From Eledone cirrhosa (Eukaryota): a DNA stretch of 64,000 nucleotides. Location: NCBI GenBank assembly GCA_964016885.1, contig OZ024750.1, positions 23,250,001-23,314,000 of the forward strand, in the 5' to 3' direction. A program made the position numbers and the translations under genes. Position 1 is the stretch's first letter. Every line of letters starts with the position of its first letter. Positions 1-14,431 of the stretch are shown piece after piece. The notes below the pieces were generated by a model, which was not told the origin of the DNA, searched no databases, and saw nothing but the letters and a program-made list of their open reading frames with translations.

Positions 1-699
1 TTCTGTTCATGCTAATAGTTATAAACATATCAATATGTTCGACATTCCAGTCATGACCATTCCTATGGTTCTAAACGTATCCATATGCTCAGAATGAATA
101 GATAAACTACCAGGCATAGAGGGGTTACAAGAACCTGCCGCCTCGATGATTTCACAGAATAAACAGGCGCGCACCTCAGAGAGCTGCATTACCGAATATT
201 AAAGGATCACAATTTTATACATAATTAAATAAGATAAATAATAATTTCTTGCGATTAGTATGTAGATTGCTAAACATCTTTGCCGGGTAGCATCGTTATG
301 GAAATATCGAAAGCGGTGATAGTGGGTTGTATGGTGTTATGACTTGTCGAATGATTTGGCATGTGTGTGTGGACTGTGTAGTGGAAAATGCAGGCTGCGT
401 AATTCGTTTTATTGTAGTCAGAGAAAGAAGTGTTAAAAACTGTTTGTCAGCTGACCAACTTACCAAACTATAAGTAAAAAAATTATTCAATTTGGTAGAA
501 TGAGGTACATAACTGGGAAAAGTGGGCATTGTAGAGCTAGCCAAGGGAGCTAAATACCCAAGGCGCCGGCTCTGTCTAAGCACAAACTAGAACATTAGAA
601 CTGCTGGGAAGGGGTGTATCAGCAGAATTTAAATAATGATTTATTTTTAAATATTGGATAATGTTAAATGTACCATTACCGGATCTCAGCGATTAGTAA

Positions 700-1315
700 G
701 TTAGTTGTTAATTAAACGAAACAGCCAGCTTGGGGAATTAAGATAAACATGGCTCAGTATTCTAAAGACACGTGTATCTTTAACGTAGTTCTCAGGAAGA
801 TTCAGCGTGATAGTGAGATAAAAAAAAGCATATTTGAATTACAGATACAATCAATTCGACGGGCTTCTAAAAAGCCTTACCTACACAGTGGCCTTAAGCA
901 TTACAGCTACAATTCTCAGGGAGATTCAGTATTATAAAGTGTGATAAGGATGCGCCTTTGAATTCCATATATAACTCATTGGACGGGCTTCTGACAGTTT
1001 CCGTCTTTTCAATTGCTTTATGAATTACAGGTACAATTCTCAGGGAGATTCATTAAGACAATGTGATGAATTACAAGTACAGCATATTTGGCGACTTCTA
1101 AAAAAATTCCGGCCACCCAGTGGCTGAATTACAGGTACAGACCACTAAATGGGCTTCTAAATAGTTTCCGTCTACCCATAATTACTCACAAAACTTGGAT
1201 CAACCCGAGGCTATGGCAGAAAAGTAAAAACACTTGCTCAAGACACAATGGAATCGAACCCAGAACCTCATGATTGTGAAACGAACTTCTCAACCATTTG
1301 GTGATGTCTACGTCC
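700..1315 (-). mobile_element. Degenerate tRNA-derived SINE pieces (family B 3' region internally reiterated, joined to a family C head)
   Basis: Repeated GAATTACAGGTACAA / TCTCAGGGAGATTCA blocks shared with 2925, 12225, 42355 and 60560; antisense B-box GGAATCGAACCC near 1250. Confidence 0.7.
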
Positions 1316-1340
1316 ACTGATACATGATAAGGAGTAAATA

Positions 1341-1850
1341 ATTGTTTCTACTTTAGGTATAAGGCCAGCAATTTGAAGGGGAGAGGAAAGTTGGTTAAAT
1401 CTACCCCAGTACATTAATGGTGCTTTATTTTATCGACCCCCTTAAGGATGAAAGGCAAAGCTTACCTCGGCGGGATTAGAATTACGAACGTAAATGGCTG
1501 TGACTCTATGCTGCAAAGCATGGCGTCCGTCCCTCTCCCGATAAATAATGGTTTCTTATATAGGCACAACCCCAGCAATTTTAGGGGGAAGGGTAAAGTC
1601 GATTAAATCGACCTCAGTGCGTGACTGGTACTTTATTTTATCGACCCCATAAGGATGAAAGGCAAAGCTTAACTCGGCGGGATTTGAACTCAGAACGTAA
1701 AGGGCCGTAACTCTATGCTGCAAAGCATGACATTCCGACCTTCCACGGATAAATAATGAATATTGTTGTACAACAATAACAAAAGCAGCAGCCGTAACTC
1801 TCTGCCGCGATGCAGGATGTCCGACGCTCTACCAACCCACCGCCTTCATA
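1341..1850 (-). mobile_element. Cluster of tRNA-derived SINE family A copies (2 near-full copies plus a head fragment)
   Basis: Hallmark TTTATTTTATCGACCCC..AGGATGAAAGGCAAAG..CTCGGCGGGATTTGAACTCAG; B-box GAGTTCAAATCC on the minus strand. Confidence 0.9.
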
Positions 1851-2069
1851 AGGAGTAATGTTTGACACAAACTCATTATTCGGAGATATCCCTACTCCAG
1901 AATAATTTTAGTCACCCCCCCCCCCCCCCCAACTCATCCCCCACCAGAGCCAAACCTTAACCCCTTCTGTTTCTTACCACTACTTACTTCTGGCTCCAGC
2001 TATTCATTTCAGATGTGTACCGGATATGTTTGATCTACGTCGAAGGCATTTTAGATGTGCATATATACA

Positions 2070-2800
2070 CTCCCACAACCACCACTGCCGCCACCACAAT
2101 TACCACTGCCGCCAACATCACCACCGCCTCAACACACAACCCCCACCACTACCACTATACTACCTCAATAACAACCACCCACTACCACCAAAACAGCAAC
2201 AACCCTCACCACCAACACAACTACCACCACCACAACCCTCACCACCAACACAACTACCACAACCCTCACCACCACCACCACCATCACCCTCACCACCACC
2301 ACCACCACCACCACCACCACCACCACCACCACAACAACAACAACAACCCTTACCACCAACACAACTACCACCACCACAACAACCCTCACCACCAACACAA
2401 CTACTACCTCAACAACTACAACGCTCACCACCACCACCACCATAATAACAACAACCATCACCACCTCCACCATAATAACAACAACCATCACCACCACCGC
2501 CGCCACTACCACCACCATAATAACAACAACCATCACCACCACCGCCACCACTACCACCACCATAATAACAACAACCATCACCACCACCGCCACCACCGTA
2601 ATAACAACAACCATCACCACCTCCATCATAATAACAACAACCATCACCACCACCACCGCCACCACCACCACCATAATAACAACAACCATCACCACCACCG
2701 CCGCCACCATAATAACAACAACCATCACCATAATAACAACAACCATCACCACCACCGCCGCCACCATAATAACAACAACCATCACCACCACCACCACCAA
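2070..2800. repeat. Cryptic (CAC/CAA)n trinucleotide array with higher-order units (CACCATAATAACAACAACCATCAC...)
   Basis: Direct reading; source of the spurious His/Pro/Val ORFs. Confidence 0.9.
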
Positions 2801-2924
2801 GGGGAGGAACTGCAATAACAACAACGATAATGTTATTATTGCAACGATGTCATCAAAAATTGATGACATTGGAATATTTCAGATCAGTAAAGAGGTTGGA
2901 GGGGGGGGTGTAATAAGTCATCAA

Positions 2925-3140
2925 TCTGGTACTCCGTCGGTTACGACGACGACGACCAGTGCTCTAGTTGATACAATCATCGGAACAGACACACTGCTCG
3001 TGAAATTAACGTGGAACCAGTTGAGCATTCCACAGCCACGTGTATCCTTAAGGTAGTTCTCGGGGAGATTCATGTGACAAAGCTGGCCCTTCGGACGTAA
3101 GGTACAACTCATTTTTAACAGGTGAGTAGACTAGAACACT
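2925..3140 (-). mobile_element. SINE family B 3' fragment
   Basis: GAGCATTCCACAGCCACGTGTATCCTTAA..GGGAGATTCA..GGTACAACTCATTTT, matches 12225, 27490, 36115, 42355, 47400 and 60560. Confidence 0.75.
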
Positions 3141-4069
3141 TATGTAGCACTAGTTATGTACTAGATGGTGTGGACTATAACTTTCTACACGTGTCATAGA
3201 ACGTGTCATAGAACGTGTCATAGAACGTGTCATAGATCTATGACACGTTTCTCACTTTGTGACCCCATCTTTCCTCTATTCCTCCTTCATTTTGAATTGT
3301 CATTCAGTAACTTTTTTTTTACTATTATAGTTATACAGCGCTAATTACTAAAACCATTTATTTAATTGCTTGTATTAAATTACCTAATCAATTACTTTAT
3401 TAATGGTAAACAAATGAAAAAAGAAATTCTGATTTCAATGGATCATAAAATTTATTTAGCACTAGCACGAACACAGCGTGATTCATAATAGAGGTGAATA
3501 TGTAGTCATATACGATATGTTTATGAATAATAAAACTAATGTCTCGCTATAAACATTTTATGTGGTGATCATAGCACAGCTGTCTCTGTATATAAACTAT
3601 AGCTTATTCCTGTCTCAGTACTCAGTGAGTAAACGTCTCCGATAATGGTTAAATATCCTGAAACATGTCTGGCGTTCTCACACGACAACTGAGATCACTG
3701 TGACATGACTGCAGCTTAAAATGTTCATAGTGAGCCATATGTATGTTTATTATACATAAACATATCGTATATGGCTTCGTAAACACCTCTATTATAAAAC
3801 TTATGTATTAGTTAATGCCCAAATAGTTTGTAAGGTTGTAAGGACAGACAAATGCCCTTTATTAAATGCTATCAAACAAACAAACAAACGGTTAATGACA
3901 AATTCCTCGCAATTCAAAACTTCTATTTGATATAATGCCTACGTTGACCTGCTTGCAGAGAAACTAAACTAAAAACATTGAGACGTGTGCGTGTGGAGGG
4001 GGTCAACCCATCCCAGTCGCAGAAAGCAAGAACTGTTGTGTGTCAAAGCAAATATGAAATAGAAATATG

Positions 4070-4386
4070 TTTGCCTTCTTCGCCCACTTATTCCTGAGAG
4101 GGTCATGGGGGAGGAGTTCTCAAACACTCCCCCCCAGCGGGTCCTGTCAGAATCAACCGTCTCCAGCGGATCCGGTTGGATCCCGAAGCCTGACCAGCCA
4201 AGCTCATTGATGTTATCCAACCATCTTGCTCGAGGTCTACCCCTGGGTTTCTTACTTGTTGGTTTTGCCCCTAGAATCTGTCTAGCGATTCTTTCCTGAG
4301 ATATTCTAACCACATGCCCATAGTATCGGAGCTGTGATCTCTCAATTCGGAGAAGTAGCGGATCTACATGGAGTGACTCTCTGATC
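4070..4386 (-). mobile_element. 5'-truncated RTE-clade LINE, 3' end of ORF
   Basis: Translates IRESLHVDPLLLRIERSQLRYYGHVVRISQERIARQILGAKPTSKKPRGRPRARWLD, the typical RTE C-terminal (W/Y)xGHVxR..RGRPRxRWxD motif. Confidence 0.9.
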
Positions 4387-4530
4387 TACGTACTTCATCA
4401 AGAAATAAATACATTGAATATTATTTTCAATTTAATTAATAAAGTTTATTCAAATAAAACAAATATATTTCTGTCAGAAGTATGTCATGGATAATTATCC
4501 ACGTTTCATTGGTAAAAACTAGATGTAAAT

Positions 4531-5103
4531 TAATTGTTTCTACTTTAGGCACAAGGCCAGCAATTACTCAGTGCATTACTGGTACTTTATTTTATCGACC
4601 CCGTAAGGATGAAAGGCAAAGTCAACCTCGGCCTTTATAGATGTAAATTAATGAAATATTTGATGTTATTTGATAATTAGCTCTAAACAATTGATGTTTA
4701 TTATTGATCTTTATCGATATATAATATAATAGTTTCGGATTTAGGCACAAGGCCAACAATTTTGAGGAGGGCAGAGTCGATTAATTCGACTCCAGTTCAT
4801 TACTGGTACTTAATTTTATCGACCCCGTCAGGAGGAAAGACAAAGCTAAGCCGTGAAAGATGTGAATTTAGAACCTAGAGGACTATACGTCTATGTTGCA
4901 GAGCATGTTGTCCGACGCTCGACCGATTAATGCTAATCCACTGCTCTACGCTAACTTAATAATGGTCTCTGATTTAGGTACAAGGCCAGCAATTTTGGGG
5001 AGGGAAAAGTCGATCAACTCGACCTCAGTACATTACTGGTACTTTATTTTATCGACCTCGTAAGGATGAAAGGCAAAGTTAAGCTCGGCGGGATTTGAAC
5101 TCA
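4531..5103 (-). mobile_element. Cluster of three SINE family A copies
   Basis: Three repeats of AGGCACAAGGCCAGCAAT..TACTGGTACTT..ATCGACC..GGATGAAAGGCAAAG (with substitutions). Confidence 0.9.
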
Positions 5104-6101
5104 TATAATATAATACTGATTGCTGTATGAAGGCGCGTGCCTTGGTTAAGGGTTAAGGTGTTCGACTCATGGTCGTAAAGAAAGTAGTGAGTTCGATTCC
5201 CGGACCAGGTGGCACATTTATCTCACCCCTGTCATACACTGAATTTCTAACAACTACATGTATATGTGGAATGCTCATCTACTTGACTAATCCTTTAGGA
5301 ATTTTGTCCGATGCTCTACTGGTTCTGCCAATCACCATAATTTTTATTGATAGTTGAAATGCGAGCGTCCCAATGCAAAATATAACAATAACAGTTCAGA
5401 AAGTCAGGTAAAGTACTCCGTTGGCACGCATACATTTCAGTTTTCAAATCTCCGCAATGATTCTTAAATCCACTGCTTTGTTTACATTTTTATTGCTGTT
5501 TACTACTTGTTAACATAGATATGTGATCAGATATTTTGTGGGGGGAGGGGAAACAGTCGATTATATCCACCCCAGTATTTAGTTGGTATTTTATTTTGTA
5601 AAATAAAAATCGGAAAAAAAGTTTATGCAAAAAAAAACGACAAAATAAAAAAGGGAAAAGAAATGAGCCGACCGTTAGATCAGCCAATGAAAACATGTTT
5701 CCATTGGATTGTCTATTGCTGATACTATCTTCCGATCGTAAATCGTAGCAGACAAAGGTGGGATTTGATCTCAGAAGGAACAGAGCCAGATGAGATCTTG
5801 TAAAACGCACCGTTTGACTCTAATGTTTCCGTCAACCCATCGCCCTCTGTACTGATACTTTATATATCGACCCTGAAAGTATGAAATACAAAGTTGACTT
5901 CAATATGATTTGAACTCAGAGCACAGTGTTCTAGAACAAATGCCGAGACATTTAATCCGGCACTCTAAAGACTCTGCTATGTCACCGCCATTGCTGGTCA
6001 GACTCTGCTATGTCGCCGCCATTGCAGGTCCAACAACACTAAGTCTAGTCTAGTAATAATGACGTCATTGGTAAGATCAGCGCCTAGAAACAGCTAGCAG
6101 G

Positions 6102-6447
<346 letters not shown>

Positions 6448-6625
6448 TGTGTGTGTGGGGGGCCATACTCGATAACAAGGGGGCAGCGATCATGTATGTA
6501 TATACATACAGACATACAGAAGATATATATATATATTATATATATAATATATATAACATATCACATATATTATATATATATAATATATGTATACATATTA
6601 TATATGTATATCACATATATTATAT

Positions 6626-6656
<31 letters not shown>

Positions 6657-6662
6657 AATATC

Positions 6663-6739
<77 letters not shown>

Positions 6740-6848
6740 GAACGAGCCAGTTGCTTGAAATAGTAGCTTTTGTAATTGATTTTAGTTGTTTTATATCAGC
6801 CGACGAAGGTCGTATTATCGATAAGACTGTTCATAATGATTACATTAT

Positions 6849-6923
<75 letters not shown>

Positions 6924-7090
6924 CATTTATATATATATATATAAATATATATATACATTATATCAGTTGTAAATGGAGTTTAAGTTTATATGATTTGGCC
7001 AATTTTGCTCATCAATATGACAGCAATTAGAAATTCTTCATCACCGCCACCCTTACTCATTTCTTCTTATTGATGTTGTTAACGAAGAAA

Positions 7091-7235
7091 AGTGGTTCCC
7101 AAACTGTGTAACTTGGCACACTGGTGCGCCGCCAGATGTAATTAGGTGTGCCGCCAGATGTAATTAGGTGCGCCGCCAGATGTAATTATGTGTGCCGCCA
7201 GATGTAATCAGATGCGCTGCTAGATGTGCCGCGAA
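7091..7235 (+). mobile_element. hAT/Charlie-like MITE 5' end with internal 22-bp tandem repeat
   Basis: AGTGGTTCCCAAACTGTG..GGCACACTGGTGCGCCGC terminus; GYGCCGCCAGATGTAATTAGGT repeated about 4 times. Confidence 0.6.
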
Positions 7236-8129
7236 TGAGCATGATTTTAGTTCAAAATGTGAAAAATATATATTGAAATTCGTAAAGTTCATATTCCGTT
7301 TGATACTAACCTGACATAAACCACCCCCTTTTTTATGAAATCACCCCCCCCCCCCCCCCATTTTAAAAGGTTGCTCTTTAACCGTTTTGATATCAACCCA
7401 CTTAAAACCACCTCTCGTTTGAAGAAAGAAAACCACCATTTTTAAAGGGTTATTATTTAAATTAGAATCTTCCAACATAATTTTTTATAACAATTTTTTT
7501 TTATTTTGAAAATAACATCTTAATGAAATAAGTTAAGCTCCCTTCAGATTTTTCATTATTCTATACAGTATATTCCATTATTCTATACAGTATATTTCTT
7601 TAGAAATACGGTAACGAAAAAGTTAAATTGAAAATTTCTAGCATTTTGTTAACTTTGCCTTTCATCCTTACGGGGTCGATAAAATAAAGTACTAATAATG
7701 TACTGGGTAATTGCTGACCTTGTGCCAAAAGTAGAAACAATTATTATTTATTATTCCATTATAAATACGGTAACGAAAGGGTTAAATAGCTGTAAAAGTG
7801 GGAAACAGCTAAATTGAGAATAAGATAAAATAAAAATTGCAAAAAGCACCAATCGCATGTTCTTCATTGATAACCTTGCCTCATGTATTGATTAAAGAAG
7901 GAAGCACAGATAACTTGTCTCTACTTGTTATTATCTATATTTCTACTTTATGCTATGCTAATATCTATAAATACCTATTTTGGATAAAATTTCGAATTTA
8001 AGTATGAATGTGCCAAAATATTTTTACTTGTTCTGAAGAGCAACATGAATAAAGAAATGGAATAAAGAAGAGGAATGGGAACACCACAATAGGATAGAAG
8101 CAGGCATAGGTCTGTAGATAAGCTGTTTA

Positions 8130-8475
8130 TTCTCGTAGATAGGGACTTAGTCACACCGCGTGAGGGCATTTTGGGCAAGTGCCTTCTGACTGTAGGCTCA
8201 AGTTGGTCAATACAAGTGACATGTGGTAGACAGAAGCCACGGAGACCTATCACACACACGCACATATACAGGCACGCACGCACACACACCTGACTGCGTC
8301 TATGTTTACGTTTGTGTCTATTAACTCAGTGACTCGACATAAAAAGATCGATAAAATAAGTACGATAAAATAAATACGATCGTTAAAAAAGTACTGGGGT
8401 TGGTATGGTTGAGTAAATTCCACCCAGGCCGTGCTCCAATATGGCCGCAGTCAAATGACTAAAATCAATAAAACG
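8130..8475 (+). mobile_element. SINE family C (tRNA head, CORE-like TTGGGCAAGTG, 3' ATGGCCGCAGTCAAATGACT)
   Basis: Shared with 11200-11365, 11783-11940, 18055-18210, 35250-35400 and 59820-60215. Confidence 0.7.
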
Positions 8476-8505
8476 ATAATTGAAATAAATAATTAATTAT
8501 ATTGA

Positions 8506-8536
<31 letters not shown>

Positions 8537-8618
8537 GGTGGTGGTGGTGTTTCAGTGAAAATCTCAACCCAGTTGGTACAATCTATCCAACCGGCTACAA
8601 CATAGTTTCACTCACAAG

Positions 8619-9090
8619 CAGAGGCGTAACTAGGGAAAATAGCGCCTATGGCAAGCAGTGAAATTGCGCCTCAGCCCAGCACTGTATTTTTAACCTAATA
8701 ATTCATATAGATACTTTAGTGATCCAGCCACCATAGTGCTTCTCACCCATGATAATGATTTCTTATATAGGCACAAGGCCAGCACTTTTGGGGGAGGGAA
8801 AAGTCGATTAAATCAATCTCAGTGCGTGACTGGTACTTTATTTTATCGACCCCGTAAGGATGAACGGTAAAGTTAACCTCGGCGGGATTTGAACTCAGAT
8901 CATAAAGAGGCGTCCGACCCTCTATCGATACTGCCAATCCACCGCCCTCTCTCACCCATGATAATCAAAGACAGATCATACATCTCATTCTCCGACGATG
9001 GCTTATCTGACTTGAATAGAAAGGGCTCCTAGTTCAAGTGGCGTCCCCCTTCATGTGTCGCTCATAGCACGAGCCATGCTTGCCACACCT
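8619..9090 (+). mobile_element. Non-autonomous DNA-transposon-like repeat (CAGAGGCGTAACTAGG start) interrupted by a SINE
   Basis: Second, uninterrupted copy at 15271-15550. Confidence 0.65.
8757..8949 (-). mobile_element. SINE family A with 16-bp TSD
   Basis: TCTCACCCATGATAAT at 8741-8756 and 8950-8965; single empty site in the 15271 paralog. Confidence 0.92.
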
Positions 9091-10396
9091 GTGGACATGG
9101 GTCGACAAGATACTATGGTAAATGACATGAAGTAAGATCGAATCTGTGACCCAATGATTGTGAAGAGAACTTTTTTTAACCATTCGGCCATCCTACGTCC
9201 ATTGGTTTTCTGATACATCAATAACCAGTTTATTTACATTGTATCCGCCCTGTTAATTAATATTCTTAATTGTTTTACTAAAACATTATTATTATATCAG
9301 TCTATTGTTTACCCTATCAACTTCTCTGACCTAGTAGACAGTATCTCTCGGCTCTCTGCTTCTCTTTGTTTACAAAACAATAACAAAAGTAACTCGAAAA
9401 AGGCCATGATTTTTGTATTATAAAACGGTTTTATTATTGGTAAAAGTAGATCAATCATTCAATTTTCATCTCCAATTGTCTGTGTTCACCGCACTAAATG
9501 ATCTTTAGAAAGATATGAACAATACAGCTTCCCCACTACCACCATAGCCACCACCACCACCACCACCACCATCACCACCACCATCACCACCACCACTACT
9601 ACTCACCTGTACATCATCTCTAAAGAGCCACGCTTAATTAAACAATCGTTATTTGCCGAAGCAACTATGTAGATTATCGTGAAATGTAGAGATTATCATG
9701 AAATATGGACTTTATCGTAAATTATAAATTGTAATGTGAAAAATACGTTTAAATAAGGGATTTTCAGTTTAACTAATCACATTAAAAGTGTGTGGCCCAT
9801 TGGTTAGGATGTTAAGTTTACGATCATCAAGACGTTGGTTCGATTCCATGGCCAAGCCAAGTCGAGTCGAGTGTTATGTCCTTGAGAAAGGGTCTTCATT
9901 TTACGTTATTCAAGTTCACTCAGTTAAAAATGAGTCATAGCACTAGCTGGCAGCAACCAATTCGACGAACTTGCCAGGGGAGTCTTGTACACCCAATTAC
10001 TTAACGTTACTCCAGTTTTGTCAAACTAGTGCAAGCATTGAAAGATGAATATAAAAGCGATTATAATGACGAATCACATTCATAAAAAAGGAGGCGGGTG
10101 GGGGGGGGGAGATGTGGGGGGGGGGGTGGCAGGAGAGGAAGGAGAGATAAGGAAGTTTATAATAAGATCTACAGTTTAGTTCTGTATAAAACTAAAAGTA
10201 ATATATGTCGCTTGTAACATAATATATAGGATATCATATATACAAATATCACATATACGTAAATATATATATATATATATATATATATTCTTTTATTCTT
10301 TTACCTGTTCTAGCCATCCGACTGAGGCCATGCTGGGGCACCGCCCTTGAAAAGTAATGAGGTAATATTTTTTATATACGTGTGTGTGTGTGTGTC

Positions 10397-10433
<37 letters not shown>

Positions 10434-10435
10434 GT

Positions 10436-10654
10436 GAAGGCGTGTGGCTGAGTGGTTAGAGAATTGGATTCGCAATCGTAAGGTTATGAGTTCGATTCCT
10501 GGACCAGGCGATGCGTTATGTCCTTGAGCAAGACACTTTATTTCACGTTGTTCCTTCTACCTGGAGTTGCGACCGATAGATAGTATTAGCAATTGGAAAG
10601 ACCAACGGAAACATTGTTCCCTCGGTCCGATTTGACGAAAGTCGATCGTTCCTT

Positions 10655-10655
<1 letters not shown>
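10436..10655 (+). mobile_element. tRNA-CORE SINE with distinct structured 3' tail ending in (TA)n (family E)
   Basis: A-box TGGCTGAGTGG, B-box GTTCGATTCC, CORE-like TGTCCTTGAGCAAGACACTT; second copy at 36813-37033 (-). Confidence 0.85.
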
Positions 10656-10694
<39 letters not shown>

Positions 10695-10810
10695 CGCGTG
10701 TGCGTGCGTGGTCTTGTAACTCCTTATGGAGTCGTAAGGGCGCCGCATTGACATTCGGCGTTTCTTGGGTATTTTAAGCTTGGCCTGAGTACAGCAAATT
10801 TCTTCCAAAG

Positions 10811-10876
<66 letters not shown>

Positions 10877-11740
10877 TGGTTAAGAAAAGCGTCGTGGGTT
10901 ACAAGTTTACAACGGGCCAATTACTGGTTCACTTGTTATTCATTAAGATTGTTTTCACTGCAGATTATTCAAGAAAATCTTATCTACAGGATTCTTCAAG
11001 TTATCTTATGTTGTTTTATAACTTTCAAGATGATAACTTCCTTTATGTTTATATTTAGCGTCTATCTTATGTAGATAATAAAGTTCTCAAGAACATAGAT
11101 ATATCCAGTTAGAGTGGATTGCAAGATAATTATTAAGCTGCAACATGTCTTCTCTCTCTTCCCTCTCTCATTTTTCCATTCTTTCTTGTATTTTAACACG
11201 TGCAGGCATGGCTGTATGGTTAATAAGTTTGTTTGGCAACCATGTAGTTCAGGATTCACTCCTGCTGCTTGGCACCATGCTCAAGTGTTTCTTGCTATAG
11301 CCTCGAGTTGACTAATATTTTGTGAGTGGAATTTGTTGGATGGAAACTTCAGAAGCCCGTCGCATATATATATATATATTCCCCCTTTCACTCTTCACCA
11401 ATTTTACTATTTATACTTTCATCAAAATACATTCAATACCAATCTCACTGACCAGCTTTACAATTATCACGTCTGTGATATTGAAATTTACTGTTCTCCA
11501 CTCCCGTCTCCCACCCACTATAACCCAATAACATGCTTATAAAACGAACACGGGACATATGTCAACAGTTTGGATGGGACCACCCATGTAAACTCTCATA
11601 TCGGAAGAAGTGTCGATTAAGAGTCAGGATCCGTTCGCCTAATCAAATCAAACCCGCGCTGATCGATATAGAAAAATTGTAATATGAAATAAAGTTTCAC
11701 AAAAAGCTGCAATTCATATTCTCTCTCTATATATATGTAT

Positions 11741-11785
<45 letters not shown>

Positions 11786-12204
11786 CTGTAACTTAGCAGT
11801 TTGACACAAAAGAAATCAATAGAATAAGAACCAGCAGACTTTAAAAAAATAAAATAAGCACTGGGATTGATTTAATCGACTAAATCATTTCAATGTGGTG
11901 TCCTAACATGGCCGTTGTCTAATGGCTGAAACCAGTAAAATAATAATAATAAATATCTATAAGTTATTTATATAGATGGCGTTGTCTTATTTTGACAACT
12001 TTCCAGTTTGGAGATAATTGAGTTGCATTCCTGCTTGATGTAATAACTTGGTTAGTGCGAAGCGTGCAATATGAGAAAATATATATTACAGGCAAGTATT
12101 GACGTATATTAACCATAATATAATGTGTTTAATTAAAAATCAGAACTATATTAATATAAACGATTGATATAATAACTTGTTGGAGGAGAGGAGATATGAG
12201 AAAG

Positions 12205-12720
12205 TACATAATATAAGGAAATCTGTGGACCTCCGTCGGATTCGACGATGTGTGTTCCAATTGTGTGTTCAACGGAACAGAGTGCTTAGGAAGTTAACGT
12301 ATAAGTGGCTGAGCATTCCACGTGTACTCTTCACGTAATTTTTAGGGAATTTCCGTGTGACACAGCGTGTGACATAGTTAATATAAGAAAATCTGTGGAC
12401 CTCCGTCGGATTACACGATGAGTGTTTCAATTGTTCGATTAACTGAACAGAGTGCTCAAGTAATTAACGTATAAGTGGCTGAGCATTCCACAGACACGTG
12501 TACCCTTCACGTAATTATTAAGGAAATTCAGTGACACAGCGTGTGATATGGTTGGAGCTTTGAATTACAGACACAGTCTATTCGACGGGCTTCCACACTG
12601 TTTCTGCCTAACTCAATTTTCCTTGGCTTGGTTCGACCTGCAGCTATAGTTATTGACAGTAAGATCGAATCTAGCACCTCGTGTTTGCCAACGACCATTT
12701 TAACCATTCGCCCAAGCAGC
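12205..12720 (-). mobile_element. SINE family B 3' part (about 170 bp, tandemly duplicated) plus family C head
   Basis: AATCTGTGGACCTCCGTCGGATT..GAGCATTCCAC occurs twice (about 12220 and 12390). Confidence 0.75.
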
Positions 12721-12771
12721 GAACCCTATACGTAAACAATGACATATAATGACCACAACTTGTTTAATTAG

Positions 12772-12860
<89 letters not shown>

Positions 12861-13143
12861 TAAATTAACCGATATAAAAGACACAGAAGCGAAAACCAAC
12901 CAAACAGTGAGTGTGTTCTGTTATTAATTCTGGCAATAGTATTACTCAAATATGACCCTCCCCAAGTATATATATATATATAAAGCGATGAAATACCAAT
13001 GAAGGTTGGAAGATCACTGATGAAGGACTAACTTTATTCATATATATATATATATATATATAACGGATTGTTTCTAATTAATATGATAACTCTAGGGTTA
13101 TAATAATAACGAATCAGTTATATATTTTATTATATATATATGT

Positions 13144-13217
<74 letters not shown>

Positions 13218-13526
13218 CTGCCTATCAGTGATAAGTTTAAGGTACAGTTGACTCCTACTTATGCAGTTCTAGATCTAATTTTGTGCAGTAAGTTTACATT
13301 TTGTGTCAAATTCTACATCGGCTTACATGGTAAAAAAAATAAGCATTACAAATGTTTCTAGGGTCATAGCGCTTGCTCCAAAGATTTGTACAGTTCTAAA
13401 ATCTCCTTAAAATATACCCTGGTATCTATATAAGGACATGCATATGTGTGTGTTTATTATGCCTATATACATATATATATATATATATATATACATACAT
13501 CTACATACATATTTATATATATACAT

Positions 13527-13562
<36 letters not shown>

Positions 13563-13788
13563 GTATATATATTCATACATATATATACACATATATATAC
13601 ATATTTATATGGATGTGTGTATATATATGTGTGTGCTGACATTTAACATATTGCGAGAGAAATTAATATCTAAAAGTCGTGTTCGTCATAACAAGAACAA
13701 ACATAAAGAAAATATAACTATAGGCTGGTGGGTGGGTGGGATGGGGGGGGGGGGGGGGGTTACACACTTTGAACGATGGCAAATGATG

Positions 13789-13934
<146 letters not shown>

Positions 13935-14156
13935 GATATTTATTGTTTACTTCGAAACATTCATCATATACACACATATATATACATATGTATGTGTGTG
14001 TGTGTGTATAATATTTCTTATTAATAGAGACTGTTTCCTTTGAAACATTTTATCATATATATACATACATACATGCCCCCAAATGTATGTGTATATGCGA
14101 TGTATATACATGTACATATACACATTCGCTCGCATATATATATTTTTATATATATC

Positions 14157-14235
<79 letters not shown>

Positions 14236-14244
14236 GAAAGAGAT

Positions 14245-14300
<56 letters not shown>

Positions 14301-14328
14301 GTATGTATATACATATATATATATATAC

Positions 14329-14431
<103 letters not shown>

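Noticed and set aside
2015-2869. Long His/Pro/Val-rich ORFs (also 24985-25686, 29752-30639, 45277-46282)
   Set aside because: Open in several frames on both strands only because CAC/CAA repeats lack stop codons; no domain or credible gene structure
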